A DNA stretch of 64,000 nucleotides from an uncultured Eubacteriales bacterium (GCA_942492885.1 OW818651.1:66181-130180), one strand, 5' to 3'. Positions 10,212 to 19,986 are shown, counted from the stretch's first letter. Program-made: numbers and translations. The notes: generated by a model not told the origin, from the letters alone.

Positions 10212-10625
10212 TTAGCCTTTAATCAGACGAATGTTGCCGATGAACGGCAGGTCTTTGTCGTCTTTGTTTGCGACGTTGATGATGCCGATGAGGGACAGCG
10301 CGAAGCTCGCGAGACCGACCACGGTGCTCAGGATGCCGTCCAGAACCGGAACCCATGCAAAGACGCCGACCGCAACCCATGCGATGACTTCTAACAGCAG
10401 CAGGTTGATGCCGCGCACGGCATGCGCGCGCACAAACGGAGTCTGATCCTTGACGAGATACGGGATCAGCGCGAGAATGCCCAGATAGGAAAGGATACCC
10501 ATCCACATGTCGTTCGAGCTGGTTGTTTCGGGGCTGCGCGTTGCGCCGCCGACCGGTTCGCCGCAGTTGCCACAGGCTTTGTCGCCCTCATTGAGCTGAG
10601 AGCCGCATTTTGAACAGAATGCCAT
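10212..10625 (-). CDS. Zinc-ribbon membrane protein (DUF4870-like)
   Basis: N-terminal CxxC...CxxC (MAFCSKCGSQL..CGNCGEP) followed by three hydrophobic helices. Confidence 0.6.
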   Translation of the reverse strand: MAFCSKCGSQLNEGDKACGNCGEPVGGATRSPETTSSNDMWMGILSYLGILALIPYLVKDQTPFVRAHAVRGINLLLLEVIAWVAVGVFAWVPVLDGILSTVVGLASFALSLIGIINVANKDDKDLPFIGNIRLIKG

Positions 10626-10680
10626 ACGATGATTCCTCCAGTTTCTTATTTCAGTTGGTTCATGCGGAAAATCCGCAGAG

Positions 10681-11073
10681 TTATTGGAGCAGGTCGTTTA
10701 GGAAATACGTGGAACCACCCGCCGCAACAATGGCGATGACCAGCAGCACATAAATCGCGATGCCGAGGCCCATAAGCAGCAGAGATCCGCGCGCGAGGTT
10801 GCGGCGGTTGAGGTTCGCCGTGCCGCCGGCAGCCCAGACGATGGTGATGATGAACCCCGCAAAGGGGATTGCCATGAGCAGCATTGAGCCGACAAAGCCC
10901 CAGGTGCTGAGCACGGCGTAGGGAGAGCTTTGCATGGGGTCTGCGTCCATGCGCACGGACGATTGCGATTCGGTATAGGCGGGCTGTGCAAACTGGGTCA
11001 CGGGCGCGCCGCAGTTGGCGCAGGTTCGATCCAGCCGATAGACGGGCTTGCCGCAGTTTTCGCAAAATGCCAT
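10681..11073 (-). CDS. Zinc-ribbon membrane protein
   Basis: MAFCENCGKPV..CANCGAP followed by transmembrane helices. GGAGGA precedes ATG 11073, so the track start 11154 is probably an over-extension. Confidence 0.55.
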   Translation of the reverse strand: MAFCENCGKPVYRLDRTCANCGAPVTQFAQPAYTESQSSVRMDADPMQSSPYAVLSTWGFVGSMLLMAIPFAGFIITIVWAAGGTANLNRRNLARGSLLLMGLGIAIYVLLVIAIVAAGGSTYFLNDLLQ

Positions 11074-11231
11074 GGGAGTTCCTCCTGTTTTGTTACGAGG
11101 CAATCTGTTATCGCCACTGTGTTCAGTATAAGGCAATGAGCGCGCGCTTCGCAAGAAGGATTCCTAGAACCCGACGTAAAATTCTTGTACGCCGGGTTCA
11201 GAGTGCATGTTTGTGTGGTTCGAGCAGCGCT

Positions 11232-13628
11232 TTATGCGCGCAAGGGTGCGCCGTTTGCGCGGAGTGCGTCGATGATCGCGTCCATGCCGCGCTTGATCTC
11301 CTCGTCCGTGAGGGTGTGATCCTCCGCTCGCAGAGAGAACGAGAACGCGAGGCTCTTTTTGCCCGCGGGGATGCCGATTCCGGCATACGTGTCAAACAAC
11401 CGCGCATCGGAGACGATCACGCCCGCGGGTGCGGTCTCGATGACCTGCTTGAGCACGGAGGATTCCAGCGTAGCATCCACCACGACCGCGAGGTCGCGCT
11501 CTGCCGCCGGGAAGCGGGGCAGCGGCTCAAAGCGTTTGCCGGATGTGCGATTTTCAGCGATCGCCGCAAAGTTCAGCTCTGCGACATACACTCTGCCGTC
11601 CGCTTTCCAGCTATCTGCCACGTCGGGATGCAGCTCGCCAAACACGCCGAGGACCTCGCCGGAAGCGGAGACGATCTTAGCCGCACGGCCGGGCTGTAGA
11701 TAGCTTGCCGCGCTTGCTTGATAGACGGTGTTTTTCACGCTGAGTACGCGAAAGAGCTCCTCGATCATGCCCTTGAGAATGTAGAAATCAACGCCTTCGC
11801 CGCCGAGCACGATGCCGATTTTCTTGCGCTCCTCCGGCAGCTCCTCGCCGGTGTCGACGTGGGTATTGCCCACTTCGAAGAAGCGAAGGTGCCCACTCTT
11901 GCGGTTTGCGTTTCGCACGAGGGAATCCAGCATTCCGGGGATCAGCGTGGTGCGCATGAGGCTCTGATCCTCGCCGAAGGGGTTGAGAATGCGTACGGCA
12001 CGGCGCAGCTCGCTGTCTTGTGGCAGCAGGAGAGAATCGAACACCGATGGGCTCGTGAAGTTGTAGTTATACATCTCGTAAAGCCCCAGTGAAACAAGCG
12101 TGTCCTTCACGGTGTCGTCCAGCAGGAACAGATCGTTGATCTGTCCGCGGAAGGTATCGCCGCGCATGAGCGTGGGCTTGATGTTGTAATAGCCGTAGAT
12201 GCGCGCGATCTCCTCGGCAACATCCCAGTCCGCCTCAATCCCGCTCTCGATATCCGTGCGAAAATGTGGAATGGTCACGTGAAGGCCGCCGAGTGCCGGG
12301 CGCGCGTGGATGTTGATGGTAGCGAGCATCTCGGCCATCTCTTTTGCCGAAAGATCGAGCGCCAGCAGTGCGTTGATGTGCTCTACGCTGATGGTGATCT
12401 CGCGATCGACCGGCTTTTCTTTTCGCACGTCGATCATCTCGCCGACAACCGTACCCGCCTTGAGTTCGGCGACCAGTTCGATTGCGCGTTCCAGCGCGAG
12501 TTCCGCGCTCACGGGCTCCACTCCCTTGATGAAGCGGCTCGCGGCGTCGGTCGTGTGCTTGAGCTTTCTTGCCGTCGCGCGGATGTTGCTGCCTTTGAAC
12601 ACGGCGGACTCAAACAAGACCGCCTGCGTTTGATCGGTGATTTCGCTGTTCAGCCCGCCCATTACGCCCGCGATGCCTACGCCGCGGCTCTCGTCCGCGA
12701 TGAGGAGCATATCCTGCGTGACCGCGCGCTCGCGCTTGTCCAGCGTGGTGACGATTTCACCCTCGTGCGCGGTACGTACGACGATGTGGCTGCCGTGGAG
12801 GCAAGCAAGGTCAAACGCGTGCATTGGGTGACCGTATTCCACGAGCACATAGTTCGTGATGTCCACAATGTTGTTGATCGGGCGCAAGCCCACCGCGCGG
12901 AGCTTTCGCTGCATCCAGGCGGGGGAAGGCTCGATGACGATATCCTTGACCACGCGCGCGGTATAGCGCGGGCAGAGGTCATAGTTTTCGACCGTCACGC
13001 GCGCATAGTCCGCGGCGTTGCCCGCGCCCTTGACGGGCTTGATCGCGGGTTCGCGGAAGCTCTGCCCGAGCGCCGCCGCTGCCTCGCGGCACATACCGAT
13101 GATCGAGATGCAGTCCGGACGATTCGGGGTGAGTTCGAATTCGAAGATGTCGTCGTCAAAGCCCAGCGCCTCGGCGATATGCTGCCCCAGCGGATGATCC
13201 TCTTTCAGAATCAGTATGCCGTGCGTCTCTGCACCGGGATAGTCCGCATTGGTCAAGCCCAGCTCCGCACCGGAGCAGAGCATGCCATAGCTCATCACGC
13301 CGCGCATGTTAACAGCCGCCATCTCGCGCCCGCCTAACTTGGAACCCACCACGGCGACGGGAACCAGTGCGCCGTCAAAGACGTTGTCTGCTCCCGTGAC
13401 GATGGTTACAATCTCGCTGCCGATATCAACCTGGCAGATATGCAGGTGCTCGGAATTGTCGTGTTTGACAACCGAGAGCACGCGGCCTGTGACCACGCCT
13501 TCTACGCCCGCAAGCTCTTTTTCCACACCCGCGCACTCAAAGCCGCGCCACATCATCTTCTCGATGAATTCGGCGTTGGTCACGTTGACGTTTACATATT
13601 CAGAGAGCCACTTCTTCGGTAATTTCAT
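11232..13628 (-). CDS. pheT: Phenylalanine--tRNA ligase beta subunit
   Basis: 798 aa starting MKLPKKWLSEYV, with B3/4, B5 and FDX-ACB-like regions. It lies directly downstream of pheS. Confidence 0.92.
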   Translation of the reverse strand: MKLPKKWLSEYVNVNVTNAEFIEKMMWRGFECAGVEKELAGVEGVVTGRVLSVVKHDNSEHLHICQVDIGSEIVTIVTGADNVFDGALVPVAVVGSKLGGREMAAVNMRGVMSYGMLCSGAELGLTNADYPGAETHGILILKEDHPLGQHIAEALGFDDDIFEFELTPNRPDCISIIGMCREAAAALGQSFREPAIKPVKGAGNAADYARVTVENYDLCPRYTARVVKDIVIEPSPAWMQRKLRAVGLRPINNIVDITNYVLVEYGHPMHAFDLACLHGSHIVVRTAHEGEIVTTLDKRERAVTQDMLLIADESRGVGIAGVMGGLNSEITDQTQAVLFESAVFKGSNIRATARKLKHTTDAASRFIKGVEPVSAELALERAIELVAELKAGTVVGEMIDVRKEKPVDREITISVEHINALLALDLSAKEMAEMLATINIHARPALGGLHVTIPHFRTDIESGIEADWDVAEEIARIYGYYNIKPTLMRGDTFRGQINDLFLLDDTVKDTLVSLGLYEMYNYNFTSPSVFDSLLLPQDSELRRAVRILNPFGEDQSLMRTTLIPGMLDSLVRNANRKSGHLRFFEVGNTHVDTGEELPEERKKIGIVLGGEGVDFYILKGMIEELFRVLSVKNTVYQASAASYLQPGRAAKIVSASGEVLGVFGELHPDVADSWKADGRVYVAELNFAAIAENRTSGKRFEPLPRFPAAERDLAVVVDATLESSVLKQVIETAPAGVIVSDARLFDTYAGIGIPAGKKSLAFSFSLRAEDHTLTDEEIKRGMDAIIDALRANGAPLRA

Positions 13629-13641
13629 TTATTTTTCCTCC

Positions 13642-14670
13642 TTAGAACTGGCGCAGGAAGCGCGCGTCGTTTTCATATTCTAGCCGGATGTCGTTGATGC
13701 CGAACTTGAGGTTTGCCATGCGATCCACGCCGAGTCCGAACGCAAGTCCCGTCCAGACCTTCGGGTCATAGCCGCAGTTGGCGATTTCGTGCGGGTTGGT
13801 TACGCCGCAGCCGAGAATTTCGATCCAGCCTGTGCCTTTGCAGACGCGGCAGCCTTTGCCGCCGCAGATCGAGCAGGAGACGTCCAGCTCCGCAGAAGGC
13901 TCCGTGAACGGGAAATAGCTGGGGCGAAGGCGGGTTTTGACATCCTCGCCGAACACCGCGTGCACAAACGAATCAAGGATGCCCTTGAGGTCGCCCAGCG
14001 TCAGCCCCTTATCGACCACAAAACCCTCGATCTGGTGGAACACGGGGGAATGGCTTGCGTCCACTTCGTCCACGCGAAATACGCGACCCGGCATCAGCAG
14101 CCGAAACGGCGGCTGGAGCGTGGTTAGTGCACGGATCTCGCAAGGCGAGGTGTGCGTGCGCAGCACCACGTTTTCATTGATGTAAAACGTGTCCTGCATA
14201 TCGCGCGCGGGGTGATCCTTGGGCAGGTTTAATAGCGTAAAGTTGTTGTCGTCCAGCTCGATCTCCGGGCCGTCGAACATCGAAAATCCCATGCCGACCA
14301 GCGCATCGCGAATCAGGCGATACGTCTGCGTCATCGGGTGCAGGCGGCCAAGCGGATCGGCGATCTGTCCGGGCGCGGTGACATCCAGCGCTTCGTCAGC
14401 AAACCTGCGTTGTTTGGCAATTTCGCCAAGTGCCGCGCGCTTTTCGGCGACGACCGCTTCCAATGCGCTTTTAACCTTGTTGGCAAACGCGCCGACGCTG
14501 GCGCGCTCGTCGCTGGCCAGCTTGCCCATCGCGCGCAAAATCGTCGTCAGCGAGCCGTTTCTGCCGAGCACGTCGACCAGAAGCTGCTCCAGCTCTTCCG
14601 ACGACTGTACTTCTTTGAGCTTCGCTTCGGCTTCCTCGCGCAATTGCGCGAGAGACTCCATCATTCCCAT
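13642..14670 (-). CDS. pheS: Phenylalanine--tRNA ligase alpha subunit
   Basis: Class II aaRS PheS sequence. The true start MGMMESLAQLREE at 14670 is preceded by GGAGGAG. The upstream part of the track ORF (to 14838) is the T-box leader. Confidence 0.9.
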   Translation of the reverse strand: MGMMESLAQLREEAEAKLKEVQSSEELEQLLVDVLGRNGSLTTILRAMGKLASDERASVGAFANKVKSALEAVVAEKRAALGEIAKQRRFADEALDVTAPGQIADPLGRLHPMTQTYRLIRDALVGMGFSMFDGPEIELDDNNFTLLNLPKDHPARDMQDTFYINENVVLRTHTSPCEIRALTTLQPPFRLLMPGRVFRVDEVDASHSPVFHQIEGFVVDKGLTLGDLKGILDSFVHAVFGEDVKTRLRPSYFPFTEPSAELDVSCSICGGKGCRVCKGTGWIEILGCGVTNPHEIANCGYDPKVWTGLAFGLGVDRMANLKFGINDIRLEYENDARFLRQF

Positions 14671-14699
14671 GGTTGTTCTCCTCCTCGTATGTGTGCAAA

Positions 14700-14945
14700 T
14701 CGTGCTTTCATTTTTTGCATCAAAAAACGCGCTCCGCCCAAAAGGGACGAATCGCGTCGTGGTACCACCCTCGTTTGCTCGCCCGTCGTGTGACGGGTTA
14801 AGCCTCGATTCCGCTGTATCGGGCGGGCCCGTTGCCAACTACAAAGCGCGTCGCGCTGTTCACCGGCAAGGCTCCGGGGCGAACTGGATATTCTTCTCTA
14901 CGCGCGCCGCTTTCAGCCGGTGACGGTGCTCTCTTTCATGCGTAT
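14700..14945 (-). promoter_or_regulatory. T-box leader (Phe specifier) controlling pheST
   Basis: Read on the minus strand. AGAGAG bulge, distal loop GGCTGAAAG, and a specifier context CCAG-TTC-G (TTC = plus-strand 14881-14883). T-box core AACGAGGGTGGTACCACGACGCG (about 14755-14777). A terminator hairpin and T-run lie at about 14721-14756. Confidence 0.85.
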
Positions 14946-15041
14946 TGTAAGAATTTTTCCCCTTCTTAGCCTAATTATTGATTTAGGGATTTGCTAATAA
15001 GAGAATACTCCCTTTCTTAGCCTTACATACAACTCTTTTGA

Positions 15042-16136
15042 TTATTCTAGCACCGTCACGCTTGTTCCGTCAAGCAGGAGCGTAACAGTTCCGTCCTCGT
15101 CTGTGCGGTAGATCGTGATGCCGCGCTCGCTGAGACGATCGAGCAGCGAATCGTGCGGATGCCCGTAGTCGTTGTTCTGTCCGCAGCTGATCACGGCGAT
15201 GGCGGGGGAAACCGCGTCGAGAAACGCTTCATATGTCGCGTCGCTGGAGCCGTGGTGCGCAACCTTCAGCACATCCGCGCGAAAATACTGGTTCGGCTGC
15301 GCTTTGAGCGCGAGTTTCTCGCTCAATTCGGTCGCGTCACCCGTGAGCAGCACGGCGGTGTTGCCATAGGAGACGCGGATGATGTAGCTTGTGTCGTTAA
15401 AATCGGAATAGATGGTCTCATACGGAGAAAGAATCCGCACCTCGGTAGCACTGTCCCACGGAATCAGCGTGTCTACCCCCGCAAGCGGACTGTGCTGCGT
15501 GGCCTCGCTTTCGTTCAGTGCGTCGAGCAGATTAAAATACGTCTCGCTTTCCGCGTCAAACGGCGGATAGTAGAAGCCTCCAATTGGATAGGTGTCGATC
15601 ACCTGAATCAACCCGCCGATGTGATCCGCGTGCAGATGCGAGGCGATGACGACATCCAGCCCGACGACGCCGAGTTTGCCGAGATACGCGTCTATCACAG
15701 GAAACGCGCCTTCCGGACCTCCGTCCACCAGCATGGTCTTGCCCGAAGGGGAACGCAGGAGTATGCTGTCGCCCTGACCAACATCGAGGAACGAAACCAA
15801 CAGCCCCGCTTCCGTCGGCGGCAGCTGCGCTTCGGTTTCACCCGGCGCTATGTTCGTTACATAGGTCTCTTCCGGTAGCGCAGTTTCGGGTGCGATGGTC
15901 GAAAGAGCAGACGGAGAGACGGTTAAAGCCGCCGCCGTTTCAACCGCGAGCTGCTGATGCAGCAGCGTAAACAGAACCGCGAGAACCGCGACAAGCAACG
16001 TAATGAGAGAGGCGATGGTGATGCGCTCTCTGCGCTTTTTCGCGCGCTCCTCAGGCGTCTCGTCCTGGTTCCAGTCAAAACTTGATTTTTGTGTGCTGCT
16101 TGGTTGATTTAGTTTTGGATCAAATTGATTTCCCAT
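15042..16136 (-). CDS. Membrane-anchored MBL-fold metallo-hydrolase (ComEC C-terminal-domain-like)
   Basis: Single N-terminal transmembrane helix and the beta-lactamase-fold motif SHLHADHIGG. No ComEC channel domain is present. Confidence 0.7.
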   Translation of the reverse strand: MGNQFDPKLNQPSSTQKSSFDWNQDETPEERAKKRRERITIASLITLLVAVLAVLFTLLHQQLAVETAAALTVSPSALSTIAPETALPEETYVTNIAPGETEAQLPPTEAGLLVSFLDVGQGDSILLRSPSGKTMLVDGGPEGAFPVIDAYLGKLGVVGLDVVIASHLHADHIGGLIQVIDTYPIGGFYYPPFDAESETYFNLLDALNESEATQHSPLAGVDTLIPWDSATEVRILSPYETIYSDFNDTSYIIRVSYGNTAVLLTGDATELSEKLALKAQPNQYFRADVLKVAHHGSSDATYEAFLDAVSPAIAVISCGQNNDYGHPHDSLLDRLSERGITIYRTDEDGTVTLLLDGTSVTVLE

Positions 16137-16298
16137 AGACGGGATTTTATCATAGGTAGAGAGGGAAATACAGCGGCAGAATAACGGTACATTTTGTGTT
16201 TTCCCCAGCGCGAGCGGGGAATCGAATCAAAAACGAACGGTTTGCGCCACATGTCGCGAAAAAAACGACATTTCTTCACAGCTATGAAGCATTTCTAC

Positions 16299-16327
16299 TT
16301 GACAAGCCGCGCATTCCGAAGTAATAT
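16299..16327 (+). promoter_or_regulatory. Sigma-A-type promoter of the gntR-ABC operon
   Basis: TTGACA (16299-16304), 17-nt spacer, TAATAT (16322-16327). Confidence 0.6.
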
Positions 16328-16329
16328 TC

Positions 16330-16356
16330 AAGTGTACTATAACGGATAGTACACTT
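16330..16356. promoter_or_regulatory. Perfect inverted repeat, candidate YtrA/GntR operator
   Basis: aagtgtactat (16330-16340), spacer aacgg, atagtacactt (16346-16356). The arms are exact reverse complements. The repeat starts immediately after the -10 element and lies 24 nt before the gntR start codon. Confidence 0.65.
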
Positions 16357-16379
16357 ATCCTCGCAAAGGAGGCTGTGCG

Positions 16380-16757
16380 ATGTTCCAAATCGACCGATTC
16401 GGACGTACGCCGATCTATGAACAAATCATCGACCAGACGCAGCGGCTGATCGCTTCCGGCATCCTAAAGGAAGGCGACCAACTGCCATCTGTCCGCGCGC
16501 TCTCACAGGAACTTTCCGTCAACCCCAATACGCTGCAAAAGGCGTATAGTGAGCTGGAGCGCCGCGGACTTTGCGTCAGCGCGCCCGGCAACGGCAGGTT
16601 TGTGACCGCAGACGCGGTTCGCCTCGTGGGCGAAGGGTTCAAGGAACGTCTGGAAGAACTCAAAAAGATCGCGGAAGAACTCTGCGCGGCCGGTATGCCG
16701 ATGGAGCAAGTGCTCCGCTCGGTCAACGCCGCCTACGGAAAGGAAATAGAGCCATGA
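16380..16757 (+). CDS. GntR-family transcriptional regulator, YtrA subfamily
   Basis: 125 aa with a winged-helix GntR N-terminus (PIYEQIIDQ..LPSVRALSQELSVNPNTLQKAYSELE) and a short C-terminal domain. AAGGAGG ribosome-binding site. The stop overlaps the ABC ATPase start (ATGA). Confidence 0.85.
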   Translation: MFQIDRFGRTPIYEQIIDQTQRLIASGILKEGDQLPSVRALSQELSVNPNTLQKAYSELERRGLCVSAPGNGRFVTADAVRLVGEGFKERLEELKKIAEELCAAGMPMEQVLRSVNAAYGKEIEP

Positions 16758-17671
16758 TAAAGGCGCGCAAACTCACCAAGCGCTTTGGAAAAGTAGAAGC
16801 GCTTCTGAATCTAAACTGCAATATTCCGCAAGGCTGCATCTATGGCCTTGTCGGCGCAAACGGCGCGGGCAAGAGCACGTTTTTGCGGCTTTGTAACGGT
16901 ATCTATCAGCCGGATGAGGGGCATGTCTCCATCAACGGCGGAGAGGTGTTTGACAATCCGGCGGTCAAGGAGCACTGTGTCTTCGTGCCGGACGAACTTT
17001 ATTTTTTGCCGCAGAGCAACCTAAACCGCATGGCGCTTCTCTATGAGTCTATGTACCCGCGTTTCTCCACGGAGCGCTTTGCCGAGCTTTGCGTTGCGTT
17101 CAAGTTAGACCGCGCTCGCCCGCTCAACACGTTCTCAAAGGGCATGCGCAGGCAGGCGGCGACAATTCTTGCGCTCTCCGCCATGACCGACTATGTGTTT
17201 TTCGACGAAACATTTGACGGACTAGACCCCGTCATGCGCAATCTCGTCAAAGGCATGCTCTATGACGATGTGTTGCAGCGCGGCTGCACCGCGGTCATCA
17301 CGAGCCACAGCCTCAGAGAACTCGAGGACACCTGCGATCAGTTGGCGCTGTTGTATCAGGGCGGCATCGTGTTTGAAAGCGACGTTCAAAACCTCAAGAC
17401 CTCGCTCTTTAAGGTGCAGGTCGCCTTTGGCGAGGAGTATGACCGCTCGCGTTTTGCGGGGTTGGACATTCTCTCATTCGTCAAGCAAGGGAGCGTGGCA
17501 AACATGATCATCCGCGGGGATAGCGCACGCACAAAATCCGCCATCGGCGCGCAGAGTCCGCTGCTACTGGAAATCCTTCCGCTGACGCTGGAAGAAGTAT
17601 TTTTGTATGAGATGGAGGCGCTGGGTTACTCCTTTGAAGCGCCTGCCCTGAAAGGAGGCGAACGCGCATGA
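16754..17671 (+). CDS. ABC transporter ATP-binding protein
   Basis: Walker A GANGAGKST, signature-like FSKGMRRQ, Walker B VFFDETFDGLD. The start MIKARKL at 16754 is used. The track ORF start 16571 runs inside gntR in another frame. Confidence 0.88.
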   Translation: MIKARKLTKRFGKVEALLNLNCNIPQGCIYGLVGANGAGKSTFLRLCNGIYQPDEGHVSINGGEVFDNPAVKEHCVFVPDELYFLPQSNLNRMALLYESMYPRFSTERFAELCVAFKLDRARPLNTFSKGMRRQAATILALSAMTDYVFFDETFDGLDPVMRNLVKGMLYDDVLQRGCTAVITSHSLRELEDTCDQLALLYQGGIVFESDVQNLKTSLFKVQVAFGEEYDRSRFAGLDILSFVKQGSVANMIIRGDSARTKSAIGAQSPLLLEILPLTLEEVFLYEMEALGYSFEAPALKGGERA

Positions 17672-19968
17672 AGCCGTATCTGGAGTCGATTCGAAAGCTC
17701 TCGCGCGTGGGTCTGATTCTTTTTGCGCTGAGCCTGGTTGCTAGCGCGGTGGTTTCGATTCAAAATTGCACAGCGCTGTATCACAATAATGTGCCGAGCA
17801 TGACGCACATGTTCAGCCCGCTGATCGCGTTTGTGTACGCGGGTGGTATCGTGCTCGCGATGGATGGATTTTCCTTCCTCAACAAGCGCTCGGACAGCGA
17901 TTTTTACCATAGCCTGCCCGTTTCGCGCAAAAAGCTGTTCTGGGCGGTCACGCTTGCCGCGCTGACGTGGGTCGCGGCGACGGTGCTTGGCAGCGTGCTG
18001 TTGAGCGTCATCGTCTATACGTTGACCAAGACGCCGTTTGTACAGTTGTATGCGCTCGTTGCGGTGCCGTTTTTCACCATCGCCGCGATGATGGTGTTTG
18101 CAGCCTGCGCGATTGCAATGAGCCTGACGGGCACGACGATCACAGGACTGGGGCTGACCGTTTTGGTGTTCGGCCTGTTCCGCTTTGTCCAGTTTGCCAT
18201 CGCGCGCGGCGTTGTAGTCAACACGCAGATGATCGGCTGGCTCGATCTTCCCTGGTATTTAACGCCAGTGACAAACATTGCAACCGGTCAGATTGCGCAG
18301 CTGTTGCGGCCGATGCTGCGGGACACGCTATATTCACCCATTAACATGCTTTACTCCGCGGTGATTGCGGGGGCGGAACTCGTGCTGGCGCGCGTGCTGT
18401 TTGCGCGGCGTCCTTCCGAACTCGCGGAGCGCGGCGCAAAGAATGCGACCTTACAGACCGTGTTTGCCTGCGCGGCTGTGGTTCCGGTCGTGATCCTGTT
18501 TGCGTCAGGCGTGGTCACCCAGCAGAACATGAGCATTCCGATCGTGATCGGCGTTGCTGCGGGAGTCTACGTGATCTACCAGATCGTAGCGCTGCGAAAC
18601 ACGAAAAAGATGTTACTTTCGCTGCCTTGGCTTGCAATTCCGCTCGCGCTGGGCGTTGCGGGATATTTCGGCACGACGGGTATGGCAAAAGCCATGCAGG
18701 ATTTTGTGCCGAACACACAGGATGTCGCCTACGTGCGGCTCGAGGGCGCAGACCGCGGAACGGAGTATACTTCCTATCAGCAGCATCTGGTATCCAAGGT
18801 GCAGTTCACCGAGACGGATATTCGCCAGTATGCGGTGGAGACGCTGCGGGACAATGTCGCGACCATCCACCGTTCGGGTTATCTGAACTACTCCTATGAC
18901 GATCAGTCCGGATATATGCTCGTCACACAGCCGGTCACGTTTGTGCTCAAGGACGGCAGATCCTTCAGCCGAATACTGACATTCCTCAATCAAAACACAT
19001 TGTTGAGCTATTGCCAGCAGAACAGCGCGTTTAACGAAGCGATTTGCACGCTTCCACCGCAGAGCTCCGTGCGATATCTGCAAGGCGCGGATCTCTATGA
19101 CAAAGCGTATTCGGAAAGCAGCGCGATTCTGAACACCTATTATCAAGAATTGCCGACGACAGATTATCCCGCGAACGATTTCTACCGCAGCTATGATCCA
19201 TATATGAACTATACGGTGGACGATGAGCAGAACTATGGAAACATCTCTGCTTTGGGATATGTGGGTATGACGCGGTATTGGGACAACTATACGATTCGCC
19301 TCGGCATGCCGAAATCTTCGTCCGCGTGGATGGCCTTTCAGAACGCACAAAGCGTAAACGAGTTCCTCGATCTGTTGCAGCAGATGATGAAGAAGTCCGC
19401 TACCCTGACGAACGATTTGGACTATTTCAGCGTCTCTACGATGGTCTATAATGTTCCGATGTCGGACGGCTCAAAACAAACGATGTCGTTCTACTTTGAC
19501 CGTTCTGCAAATGATGGCGCGGCGGAACTGAAAAACCAGATGCAGCCGCTGATGGAAGAGTTTGTCACGATACTGTTGAGAAGCACGCCGACGTCGAATC
19601 CGTACGATTTCTGCGTCCTTACGACGTGGGGTGGCAGGATGCACAATGACGACGGCACGTACATCGGGGCAGACGTCATCGAAAAGCTCTACGCCTCCAG
19701 CGGTAACACATTCGTCTCCGGCGGAAGCGTCTATTTCGTCAGCAATGGGGATGTGCTTTACGGCGGCATCAGCGGCGCAATCAGCGCCTATAACCCAAGC
19801 TTCCGCTCATTCTCGCCGGAGGATGAGGCGCGCATCATCCAGATTCTCCAGCAGTGGAAGACCATGCAGGACGAGTATAACTATTCGATGTACGGCGGCA
19901 CACCGATCGAAGGCCCATCCATTGGTTCAGAATCGGCTGAGACGCCGGAAACCACACCCGCAGGATAA
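17668..19968 (+). CDS. ABC-2-type permease-like membrane protein with a large C-terminal non-membrane domain
   Basis: About 330 aa of multi-pass hydrophobic helices (including the FYHSLPVSR motif) are followed by about 430 aa of hydrophilic sequence. ATGA overlap with the ATPase gene. Confidence 0.65.
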   Translation: MKPYLESIRKLSRVGLILFALSLVASAVVSIQNCTALYHNNVPSMTHMFSPLIAFVYAGGIVLAMDGFSFLNKRSDSDFYHSLPVSRKKLFWAVTLAALTWVAATVLGSVLLSVIVYTLTKTPFVQLYALVAVPFFTIAAMMVFAACAIAMSLTGTTITGLGLTVLVFGLFRFVQFAIARGVVVNTQMIGWLDLPWYLTPVTNIATGQIAQLLRPMLRDTLYSPINMLYSAVIAGAELVLARVLFARRPSELAERGAKNATLQTVFACAAVVPVVILFASGVVTQQNMSIPIVIGVAAGVYVIYQIVALRNTKKMLLSLPWLAIPLALGVAGYFGTTGMAKAMQDFVPNTQDVAYVRLEGADRGTEYTSYQQHLVSKVQFTETDIRQYAVETLRDNVATIHRSGYLNYSYDDQSGYMLVTQPVTFVLKDGRSFSRILTFLNQNTLLSYCQQNSAFNEAICTLPPQSSVRYLQGADLYDKAYSESSAILNTYYQELPTTDYPANDFYRSYDPYMNYTVDDEQNYGNISALGYVGMTRYWDNYTIRLGMPKSSSAWMAFQNAQSVNEFLDLLQQMMKKSATLTNDLDYFSVSTMVYNVPMSDGSKQTMSFYFDRSANDGAAELKNQMQPLMEEFVTILLRSTPTSNPYDFCVLTTWGGRMHNDDGTYIGADVIEKLYASSGNTFVSGGSVYFVSNGDVLYGGISGAISAYNPSFRSFSPEDEARIIQILQQWKTMQDEYNYSMYGGTPIEGPSIGSESAETPETTPAG

Positions 19969-19986
19969 CGCAAACAATGTCTCAAG

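Noticed and set aside
14671-14838. N-terminal extension of the pheS track ORF. Similar extensions occur at 38939-39082 (trpB), 40436-40579 (glmS), 16571-16753 (ABC ATPase), 25071-25271 (ortA) and 27222-27359 (oraE).
   Set aside because: The extensions cover T-box, leader or promoter sequence, or the 3' end of the preceding gene. In each case an internal ATG or GTG with a good SD sequence begins the conserved protein N-terminus.
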